64,000 nt of DNA, taken from positions 1 through 64,000 of the forward strand of contig JBDTZG010000027.1 in NCBI GenBank assembly GCA_040005235.1. Reading direction: 5' to 3'. Position 1 is the stretch's first letter. Every line of letters starts with the position of its first letter. Origin of the DNA: Acidobacteriota bacterium. Its GTDB lineage: Bacteria > Acidobacteriota > Thermoanaerobaculia > Multivoradales > UBA5704. Below the pieces are notes generated by a model. That model searched no databases. It worked only from the letters and a program-made list of their open reading frames with translations, and had not been told where the DNA came from. Positions 23,240 to 31,104 of the stretch are shown here, piece by piece. The position numbers and the translations under genes are program-made.

Positions 23240-23593
23240 TTAAAGGAACGACGGAGGGGCAGCCTCACGCCGACTTCGGCGGCCGATGAAGATCCAGCAA
23301 AGAAGTCCCGAGACGCTCGCCGCCAGGAATCCGAGTCCCCATCCGTTCTCTCGGAGAGGCTGACCCTCCGAGACGGCCCAGATCAACCCATAGAGAAGAA
23401 GGGCTCCCGCCGCGGCGTGGATCGCCACGAACCAGCGGGAGAGGATGGCGAAGAGGTGGGGAAGCGGTCGCCAGATCGCGACCCCTGCGAGAATCCAGCC
23501 CACCGGAGCGGCGAACACTCCGATCAGAGAAATCGGTCCGAGCACCCCCTGTAAGGTTGCGGCGAAGGGGTCGGGGTAAAACGCCGGATCCAT
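23240..23593 (-). CDS. hypothetical membrane protein
   Basis: 117 aa with about three hydrophobic segments. Confidence 0.55.
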   Translation of the reverse strand: MDPAFYPDPFAATLQGVLGPISLIGVFAAPVGWILAGVAIWRPLPHLFAILSRWFVAIHAAAGALLLYGLIWAVSEGQPLRENGWGLGFLAASVSGLLCWIFIGRRSRREAAPPSFL

Positions 23594-23596
23594 CGC

Positions 23597-23734
23597 TCAG
23601 CGTCTGGAGGCGATGAGTGCCGGCCCGTTCTTGGACGGAATCATGGCTTCCACGATCCCGTTCGAAGGAGCCGGAGCGATCACGGGAGGCGGCGGAGGTT
23701 GCGGCGCGGACGGCGGACCTGAAATCGGATCCAT
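23597..23734 (-). pseudogene. 45-aa Pro-rich ORF, probably a truncated DUF4190-like membrane protein
   Basis: MDPISGPPSAPQPPPPPVIAPAPSNGIVEAMIPSKNGPALIASRR*; GGAGG-like RBS upstream; stops where the TM segment would begin. Confidence 0.4.
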
Positions 23735-23880
23735 GAGGCTTCCTCCCCGGAAGAGTCAGACATCGGCACGGCAGGGAACGAGTGTGGGAGCATCGTCTCC
23801 CAGCGAGAAGGAGTACGCAAGTGGCGAAGTCACGCGAGCCTTGCCACGAAGCAACGCATCGAGGGCACGCGACCGAGCGT

Positions 23881-24372
23881 GAAGCAACGCAAAAGAGGCC
23901 CCAAACCGGCCGACCGGCGGGCGAAGCCACAAAGAAATTCGCTGAAGCCACCGAGAAATTCACTGAAGTCACGCACAAAGGCGGTGAAGCAACGCATTCA
24001 GATACTCAGGTCACCCACCGAACTGCAAAAACTACCGAGCCCAGGGGTGAAGCCACCGACAAATACGCCAAAATGGCCAGAGAATCCGGCCGAGTGGGCG
24101 ACGATGGAGTCCGCTTGCGTGACTTCAGCGAATTTCTGTGTGACTTCAGGGGTTTTCTGGGCGACTTCAGCGAATTTCTCGGTGGCTTCAGTGAATTTCT
24201 CGGTGGCTTCAGTGAATTTCTCGGTGGCTTCAGCGAATTTCTGGGTGGCTCGACCGCTCTGCTCTGTGGCCCCGGCGATCGCCGCGGTGACTTTATCGTT
24301 TTGCCAAGGGGCTTGAGTGCTCGTCGCGATGGCTCGGGTGATTTCCTGCGTGGCTTCCGGTCCCGCGAGGTT
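23881..24372. repeat. two inverted arrays of 21-bp tandem repeats
   Basis: Left arm 23881-24090, unit like GAAGCCACCGAGAAATTCACT; right arm 24121-24372, unit like GGCTTCAGTGAATTTCTCGGT, which is the rotated reverse complement. Confidence 0.9.
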
Positions 24373-24531
24373 GCCGACTGCGGCATGTCGCCCTGAGCGA
24401 TCTCGTCCAGCGCGGCGACAAGATCCGTGGCCGGCTCGCGCGTCCCGAGTATGTTCCCAGAGAGGGGGGGTTGTTCATCCAAAGTGGTTGCCATCCTTGC
24501 CCATTCGTCCTACTCGAAGTAGGATTTCGGC

Positions 24532-24783
24532 ATGGCTACCGAAAAAGTTTCCCTCTCCCTGGAAGAAGACCTTCTGGCCGAGGCTCGCGCCGTCGTTGGA
24601 ATCCGTGGCCTCTCGGGCTACGTCAATCGCGCCCTCAGCCACCAGCTCCAGCGGGATCGAGTCGCGGCCCTGCTGGCCGATCTCGATTCCGAATTTGGCC
24701 TTGTCGATCCCCGAGTGGTAGAGGAGGTACGCAGAGCATGGCCGGCGCCCGCAGAAGCGATCAAGAAGCGCCGCACCGCCTGA
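24532..24783 (+). CDS. putative antitoxin, ribbon-helix-helix (CopG/VapB-like)
   Basis: KVSLSLEEDLLAEAR...GLSGYVNRAL; sits upstream of and overlaps the PIN gene; promoter TTGCCC-17-TAGGAT. Confidence 0.8.
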   Translation: MATEKVSLSLEEDLLAEARAVVGIRGLSGYVNRALSHQLQRDRVAALLADLDSEFGLVDPRVVEEVRRAWPAPAEAIKKRRTA

Positions 24784-25157
24784 TCCTCGATTCCGGCGCA
24801 GTCATCGGCTTGGCGCGGGGAGATCAAAGAGCCCGGGCCTTCTTGGCGCGCGCCCTGGATATGGATGCCTCAATCGAGATTCCGGTAGTGGTGGTCGCCG
24901 AGACGATTCGAGGCGACCCGCGCGACGCCCCGATCCATCGAATCCTCAAAGCTGTGGGTTCGGTCCCCGAAGCGCGCGAGTCTCATGGTCGAACCGCGGG
25001 GCGATTGCTCGGAGCGGCCCGGTCGGCGTCAACGATCGACGCACTGGTCGTAGCTCATGCCGTGGAAGCCGGGGGCGGCCAGATTCTCACTGGGGACCCC
25101 GATGATCTGGCGCCGCTTGCGGCGCCGCATCCTGAGGTCTGGATCCAGGCCCTCTAA
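24738..25157 (+). CDS. PIN-domain toxin (VapC-like)
   Basis: GAGGAGG RBS, ATG at 24738; LILDSG, VVAE, IDALVVA, LTGDPDD acidic PIN motifs. Confidence 0.88.
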   Translation: MAGARRSDQEAPHRLILDSGAVIGLARGDQRARAFLARALDMDASIEIPVVVVAETIRGDPRDAPIHRILKAVGSVPEARESHGRTAGRLLGAARSASTIDALVVAHAVEAGGGQILTGDPDDLAPLAAPHPEVWIQAL

Positions 25158-25219
25158 ACAGGCGCACGAATCCCCGAGTCGGTGCAGCTCTAAATTCAAT
25201 TTTTAGGCTGAGAGGAATT

Positions 25220-25295
25220 TGGTGGCCAGGGACGGAATTGAACCGCCGACACCGTGATTTTCAGTCACGTGCTCTACCAACTGAGCTACCTGGCC
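25220..25295 (-). tRNA. tRNA-Phe(GAA)
   Basis: GGCCAGGTAGCTCAGTTGGTAGAGCACGTGACTGAAAATCACGGTGTCGGCGGTTCAATTCCGTCCCTGGCCACCA; cloverleaf, GAA anticodon, encoded CCA. Confidence 0.98.
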
Positions 25296-25351
25296 AGGAA
25301 GGATCGGGCGATCCCAAGGGGACGCTTTTTAACAGTCGGCGGGTGGGCGCG

Positions 25352-25606
25352 TCAAGGCCGATCCGGCTGGCCGCGCTCGATCAGGCAGCGGACGGTGCCC
25401 GGGACGCCTTCGATTTCGCCGATTTCGATCAGACGATGGCCGGAGCGCTCGCACCAGATCGGCATGTCTTCGTTCATCGTCGGGTCGTCGCCCCAGACTT
25501 CGAGCAACTCGCCCGGCGCGACCTTGCGGATCTCGCGGACCGAGAGCAGGACCGGCAGGGGGCAGAGGGCTCCACGGACATCGAGGCGGTGCGGGGCGTC
25601 AGCCAA
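25352..25606 (-). CDS. TusA-family sulfurtransferase
   Basis: TTG start after AAGGAG; LDVRGALCPLP...GELLEV..DDP...D.P.WC..SGH. Confidence 0.9.
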   Translation of the reverse strand: MADAPHRLDVRGALCPLPVLLSVREIRKVAPGELLEVWGDDPTMNEDMPIWCERSGHRLIEIGEIEGVPGTVRCLIERGQPDRP

Positions 25607-25665
25607 GGTGGGGCTCCTTAAGGGGACTGCGCGCAATGGCGACCTAACCCCTAGAATAGCCGCGA

Positions 25666-26502
25666 ATGGAGTCGCCACGACAGGGTAGGGACGGGTTTCG
25701 ACCGGCGGAGCGGAGAATTGCCCGGGTCTTGGTCGCAATGCTGTGCTTGGGGTTGGCGCTCCCCGGCCTCGCTTGGACCCCCGAAATGCAGCGCCGGATC
25801 GCCACCGAGGCGGCGCGGCTGGGTCCGCGCGATCTCTTTCGCCAGATCGACAAGCACCGGCCGGAGTACGAGAAGGGGGCACTCGCGCCGTTTTCCGATC
25901 GCGATCCTAGCCGCCACAGCCGCAACGCGGACGGTACGGGAACTCTCGACCGGACCGTCGCCGAAGAGTCCGCCGCCGTGATCGCGGCGATCCGCGACCA
26001 CCGGCCGTTCGTCGAGATCGTCTCTCGACTCGGCCGGGTGAGCCACTACGTGGCGGACGCCAACAACCCTCTGGCCGCGTCGAACGAGGACCCCGAGGAG
26101 GGGCGCTACTTCGCCGATTTCTTGATCTACGCCGAGAGCGCCGAGCCGCGGCTGCCTTTGGTGTTTTACGGCCTGCCGCGCGGCTGGGACCGGCGACCAG
26201 ACCTTTCCGCGCTGGTGCGCGACGCCCTCACCCGTTCGCGCGGGTTCTACCCGACGATCGGCCGGGAGTATCGCCGGATCGATTTCGGCTCCGGCCGGTC
26301 GCTGTTCGACGACCGGTCGAGCGCCTTCGCGATCGCTTCGCTCGCCTTCAGCCACGCGGTGACCGACGCGGCGATCGCTCTGCGCACGATCTGGCTCCAA
26401 GCCGGCGGCGGCGACTCGCGAAGCCACTTACCTACGGCGGGAGACCGCATTCTTCCGGTTCCCAAGAGCGACGACCGCGCCGATCGGAGCCAAGGGCGGT
26501 AA
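25666..26502 (+). CDS. secreted protein with a phospholipase C/S1-P1 nuclease-like fold (degenerate)
   Basis: Signal peptide ends LA|W; LGRVSHYVADANNPL resembles the H..AD...PLH zinc motif. Confidence 0.5.
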   Translation: MESPRQGRDGFRPAERRIARVLVAMLCLGLALPGLAWTPEMQRRIATEAARLGPRDLFRQIDKHRPEYEKGALAPFSDRDPSRHSRNADGTGTLDRTVAEESAAVIAAIRDHRPFVEIVSRLGRVSHYVADANNPLAASNEDPEEGRYFADFLIYAESAEPRLPLVFYGLPRGWDRRPDLSALVRDALTRSRGFYPTIGREYRRIDFGSGRSLFDDRSSAFAIASLAFSHAVTDAAIALRTIWLQAGGGDSRSHLPTAGDRILPVPKSDDRADRSQGR

Positions 26503-26626
26503 GATGGGCGAACCGAAACGTTAGAGCACGGTGCCACAGGTGGCACCCGCAGGGAGATTTCCCCGCCTTCCAGTTGTCGCCTGATCTCCGGGCGCTTCGG
26601 CGATCGGCAGATTTCGACCCTCGGCC

Positions 26627-29600
26627 ATGACGACGACCCACCCGCCCTCGACCGCGACGACTTCTTGCCCCAATTGCGGCACGCGGTTGCGCTTTTCCTC
26701 GCCAGGGGACGCCCCGGTGCGGCTGCGCATCACCTGCGGCTCGTGCCAGACCAGCTTCGCCGTCCAATGGCCGGGCTCCGGGGCGATCGCCCAAGCCACC
26801 GTGTCGGCCGCGATCTCACAATCCGTTCCGGTCGCTTTCTCCGCGCCCACCACGCCGATCGCGACGCCCCAGGAGATCCGTCGCTCCGGTCATGGCGTCG
26901 CGGAGGGGGGTAAAAGAAGAGGTCCGACCTTTGTTCCGGGCGACGTTCTCGCCGAACGCTACCGGGTGCTGCGCTTTCTCGCCGAAGGGGGCATGGGCGA
27001 GGTGTTCGAGGTACTGGATTTGGAGCTCGGCGGGCGGCTGGCGGCAAAGACCGTGCGCGCCGACGTCGCGGCCGATCCGACGGCGCTCGAACGGTTCCGC
27101 CGCGAGATCCAGCTCGCCCGAAGGGTGACCCATCCGAACGTCTGCCGGATGTTCGACGTCGCCTACCACCGCCCGGAGCCGAGCGCGGCCGGCACGATCT
27201 TCCTTACCATGGAGTTACTGCTGGGGCCCACCCTCGCCGAGCGGATCGCGGCCGGCCCGATGGCGCCGGAGGCCGCCCTGCCGATCCTCCGCCAAATCGC
27301 CGCGGCGCTCGATGCGGCCCACGAAGCGGACATCGTCCATCGAGATCTGAAGCCGGCGAACGTGGTGCTGGTCCCCGGCCAGACCCCCCGCAAAGAAGAC
27401 ATGGTGCGCGCCGTGGTCACCGACTTCGGCCTGGCGCGGATCGACACCGCGAAAGGCTCGGCGGCCGAAGCGGCGATGACCATGACCGCGGCGGGATTCT
27501 TCATCGGCACGCCCGCCTACGTGGCGCCGGAGCAGGTCGAAGGGGGCGCGGTGACCTCCGCGACGGATGTCTATGCGTTCGGCGTCGTGATGTTCGAAAT
27601 GCTAACCGGCAAAGTGCCCTTCCTCGGCGAGACCGCTCTCGCGACAGCGGTCAAGCGCCTTCAACAGCCGGCGCCGTCGCCTAGGCTTCATGCCGCCGCG
27701 ATCGACGCGCGGTGGGAGGCGGCCATCCTGCGCTGCCTGGAGCGGCGGCCGGAGGATCGCTTTGCCCGGGCGGGCGATCTGATCGCCGCGCTCGAAGACC
27801 CGAGGCCCGTGCTCGCGCGGCAATCGGATCCGGCCCTCCCGATCGCCCAGCCGCCAGGCTCGTTTCCACCGACCGCCGAACCCTCCGAGGCTTTTGAGAC
27901 CCCTGGAGTCACCGAGATCCTCGGGCGCGGCCCGACGGTCCCCGTGCCGCCACGGCAAAAAGCTGCTATGTCGCGCAAACCGTTGCAGCTCGCTGCGCTC
28001 GCCGTCGTGATCCTGCTGTCGTTCTCGTTCGTCGCCTATCGCATCGTCGCCTGGCGCAACGAGCGGCGCCTGCAGGAGCAGATGCTCGACGCCACTCTGC
28101 CGGCTGAGCCGGTCGCCCCGCGGCGGGCGATTGCCGTGCTCGGCTTCCGCGACCGCTCCGGACGACCCGGGGCGGAGTGGCTCTCCGGAGCGCTCGCCGA
28201 GATGCTCGGCACGGAGCTGGCGGCCGAAAAGGGAGTGCGGGTGATCGCGGGAGAAGAAGTCGCCCGAATGAAGAGCGACCTCGCGCTCACCGACCCCGAA
28301 AGCCTGGCGCCCGACACTCTGGCGCGGCTGCGTACGGCCTCCGGCGCCGATTTCCTGGTGCTCGGCTCGTACACGGCGCTCGGGGCGGAAGCCGGCGGCA
28401 AGATCCGGCTCGACCTTCGTTTGCAGAACACCCAGAGCGCCGAGACCACCTCGATCGGCGAGACCGGCACCGAGGCCGCCCTGTTCGATCTGGTGACGAA
28501 AAGCGGCGCACGGCTGCGCCAGGCGCTGGGGCTCGCGGGGGAGAACGGCACGGGCGACGGCGGACCGGTAGGGGCCGCGCGCGCCGCGCTCCCGGCGAAT
28601 CCCGAAGCGGCGCGGCTTTATACCGAGGGCCTGGAACGGCTGCGCCGTTTCGAGCCGCTCGCGGCGCGCGACCTGCTGGTCCGCGCGGTGGCGGTCGACC
28701 CGAACAACCCGCTCGCCCACTCAGCCCTGGCTTCGGCCTGGGCCGCCCTGGGCTATGCCGGGCGGGCTGCGGAAGAGGCAAAGAAGGCAATCGACCTCGC
28801 GCGAGATCTGCCCCAAGAGCAGCGCTTGGTGATCGAGGGGCGCTACGCCGAAGCGAATGAAGACTGGGCGCGGGCGACCGAGATCTACCGTTCGCTGTTT
28901 CGGGTCTTCCCCGACGATCTGGACTATGGCCTACGCCTGGTGGCGGCGCAGACCGCGGCAGGCCAGGCGCAAGGAGCGCTTGCCACCGTGGCCGCCCTGC
29001 GCGCCCTTCCCGCACCGGCGCGGGAAGATCCGCGGATCGACCTCTCCGAAGCCACCGCGGCCGAGGCGCTCGCGGATTTTCCGCGCCAGCGCCAGAGCGC
29101 GGCCCAAGCGGCGGCTCGGGCGAGCGAGCGGGGCGCCCGGCTGCTCACCGCCCAGGCCCGCCTGTCTGAATGCCGGGCGCTGCGCAACTTGGGGCAAGCG
29201 GACGCGGGCCAGGCGGCTTGCGAAGCGGGCCGGGTGCTTTACGCAGAGGCGGGCGATTCCTCCGGGGTCGCCGATGCGCTCACCCAATCGGCGAACTTGG
29301 CGTTCGATCGCGGCGACCTTCCCGGCGCCCGCCAGCTCTACGAGCAGGCGCTCGCCACCTTCCGGACGCTGGGCAACAAGGGGGCCGAGGCAGGCGCGCT
29401 CAACAACATTGCGGTGGTCCTCCGGCGCCAGGGGGACGGAGCGGCGGCGGTGGGGCTTTACGAGCAGGTCTTGGCACTCTCCCGGGAGATCGGCAACCGT
29501 TACGGCGAGGCGAGCACCCTGGGCAATCTAGGAACCCTGTCCACCGGGCGCGGCGAGTTGGCCAAGGCGCGCGATCTGCTCGAACGCTCGCTGGCGATCC

Positions 29601-30478
29601 GGCGCGAGCTGGACGATCCCGCGGGTGTGGCCTCAGGCCTCGACAACTTGGGCGCCGTGCTCCGCCGTCAGGGCGATCTCCTGGGCGCCCGCCAGCGCCA
29701 GGAAGAATCGCTCGCGGCGCGCCGAAAAATCGGCCAGAAGGGGGGGCAAGCCGCCTCCCTCGTCGGCCTCGGAACGACGCTGCTCGACCAGGGTGATCTC
29801 GCCGCGGCCAGGAAGCGGTTCGACGAATCGCTCGCGCTGTGCCAAAAGCTGGGTAATCGGAGCCTCGAAGCCTCGGCACGGCACGGCATCGCGGAGGTGC
29901 TCGTCCGCCAGGGCGATCACAAAGGAGCGCTGGCCGCACACGAGGAAGCCTTGCGGCTGCGCTCCGACCTGGGCGAGAAGAGCCAGGAGGCGACCAGCCG
30001 GACGGGCCTGGCGGGTGCGCTGCTCGCCGCGGGCGATGCGCCGAGCCTAGCAAGGGCAGAGACCGAAGCCCGCGCCGCGGCCGAAGAATTTGGCAGAGAA
30101 GGAGCGATCGCCGATCAGGCGGTGGCGCTGAGCCTGGCGGGAGAAGCGGGCGAAAGGTCGGGGCACACAGCGCCCGCCCGGGCGGCGATCTCTCAGGCGC
30201 GCCACCTGATCGGTGGAGACGTCGCCAAAGAAGACGCCAAAGCGCGGCTGATCGTCGCCGTTCGCACCGCGCGATCCCTCCCCCCGGCCACCGCTCAAAA
30301 GGAGCTCGAAGCGGTGCTCGCCGAAACCGAAAAGCTCGGGCTCGTCGAGCTCCGCTTCGAAGCGAGCTTGGCGCTCGCGAACCTGGATCACTCTCCCGCC
30401 GGAGCCGCCCGGCGCGCCACGATCGCCCGCGAGGCGCAGGCCAAGGGCTACCTCGAATTGGCGCGCCGGGCGGGGTGA
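26627..30478 (+). CDS. Ser/Thr protein kinase with N-terminal zinc ribbon, TM, TolB-N-like domain and TPR repeats
   Basis: CPNC..CGSC; GGMGEV, HRDLKPAN, DFG, GTPAYVAPE; TM segment; many A.ALNN.G..LR.QG TPR units. Confidence 0.93.
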   Translation: MTTTHPPSTATTSCPNCGTRLRFSSPGDAPVRLRITCGSCQTSFAVQWPGSGAIAQATVSAAISQSVPVAFSAPTTPIATPQEIRRSGHGVAEGGKRRGPTFVPGDVLAERYRVLRFLAEGGMGEVFEVLDLELGGRLAAKTVRADVAADPTALERFRREIQLARRVTHPNVCRMFDVAYHRPEPSAAGTIFLTMELLLGPTLAERIAAGPMAPEAALPILRQIAAALDAAHEADIVHRDLKPANVVLVPGQTPRKEDMVRAVVTDFGLARIDTAKGSAAEAAMTMTAAGFFIGTPAYVAPEQVEGGAVTSATDVYAFGVVMFEMLTGKVPFLGETALATAVKRLQQPAPSPRLHAAAIDARWEAAILRCLERRPEDRFARAGDLIAALEDPRPVLARQSDPALPIAQPPGSFPPTAEPSEAFETPGVTEILGRGPTVPVPPRQKAAMSRKPLQLAALAVVILLSFSFVAYRIVAWRNERRLQEQMLDATLPAEPVAPRRAIAVLGFRDRSGRPGAEWLSGALAEMLGTELAAEKGVRVIAGEEVARMKSDLALTDPESLAPDTLARLRTASGADFLVLGSYTALGAEAGGKIRLDLRLQNTQSAETTSIGETGTEAALFDLVTKSGARLRQALGLAGENGTGDGGPVGAARAALPANPEAARLYTEGLERLRRFEPLAARDLLVRAVAVDPNNPLAHSALASAWAALGYAGRAAEEAKKAIDLARDLPQEQRLVIEGRYAEANEDWARATEIYRSLFRVFPDDLDYGLRLVAAQTAAGQAQGALATVAALRALPAPAREDPRIDLSEATAAEALADFPRQRQSAAQAAARASERGARLLTAQARLSECRALRNLGQADAGQAACEAGRVLYAEAGDSSGVADALTQSANLAFDRGDLPGARQLYEQALATFRTLGNKGAEAGALNNIAVVLRRQGDGAAAVGLYEQVLALSREIGNRYGEASTLGNLGTLSTGRGELAKARDLLERSLAIRRELDDPAGVASGLDNLGAVLRRQGDLLGARQRQEESLAARRKIGQKGGQAASLVGLGTTLLDQGDLAAARKRFDESLALCQKLGNRSLEASARHGIAEVLVRQGDHKGALAAHEEALRLRSDLGEKSQEATSRTGLAGALLAAGDAPSLARAETEARAAAEEFGREGAIADQAVALSLAGEAGERSGHTAPARAAISQARHLIGGDVAKEDAKARLIVAVRTARSLPPATAQKELEAVLAETEKLGLVELRFEASLALANLDHSPAGAARRATIAREAQAKGYLELARRAG

Positions 30479-30482
30479 GGGG

Positions 30483-30938
30483 TCAGTTCTTGTCCGCCAA
30501 GTCCTTCCACCCCTTGTCGGCGTCGACGATGAACTTCGCCTGATCCTTCTCCCACGACTTCTGGACCCCCTTGTCGTAGTTCACATAGAGCTTGCCATCC
30601 ACCACCTTCCAGATCGTCGGATCGGCGGTGACCAGGTGGCCTTTGGCCAAGCCGTAGGCGCAGTGGCCGCCGTATTGCGGGGCGTATTTCGCCGGGTTGG
30701 CCACAAAGGTGTCGCGGTGGGCTGCGCTGGCGAAACGCCATTTGGCGCCGTTCCACTCCTGGATGAACTCGGCCTTGCCAACAAGCGGCTTGCCCTCGAA
30801 ATAGCTGACGGCATCCCAACCCCGGAGGGCGAAGCCGTTTTTGTCCAAATCGAGCGGCGGAGCCCCGAAGGCCGCCCCGGCCAGCACGAACGAGAACGCG
30901 AGGACGGCGAGCAAGGCGAACGTGTATCGGTGACGCAT
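30483..30938 (-). CDS. secreted YHS-domain protein
   Basis: ATG at 30938; signal peptide; G.DAVSYF, WRFAS..HRD.F..NP.KYAPQYGGHCAYG. Confidence 0.9.
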   Translation of the reverse strand: MRHRYTFALLAVLAFSFVLAGAAFGAPPLDLDKNGFALRGWDAVSYFEGKPLVGKAEFIQEWNGAKWRFASAAHRDTFVANPAKYAPQYGGHCAYGLAKGHLVTADPTIWKVVDGKLYVNYDKGVQKSWEKDQAKFIVDADKGWKDLADKN

Positions 30939-31104
30939 GGTGTGAATCTCCTGAAGTGCAGCGGGTTTGCCGCGAAAGCCCTCAAAGCAGGATACCAGGG
31001 GCCGCCGGGGACGGTTCTGCGAGATCGAGGGTGGCACACTCCGATCCCGACATCTGGTTTGCCGGTCGGCACCGATCGGTTTCAACGAGTGGTAGTTTCC
31101 GCAG

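Noticed and set aside
23881-24372. 21-bp arrays read as CRISPR or as a confident CDS
   Set aside because: Units are contiguous with no unique spacers; several overlapping frames are open with no clear RBS or homology.
20641-25295. Active prophage or integrative element at tRNA-Phe
   Set aside because: No integrase, transposase or phage genes, and no att duplication was seen by eye.
30483-30938. YHS protein as a selenoprotein
   Set aside because: The GGHCAYG site has a TGC Cys codon and there is no in-frame TGA.
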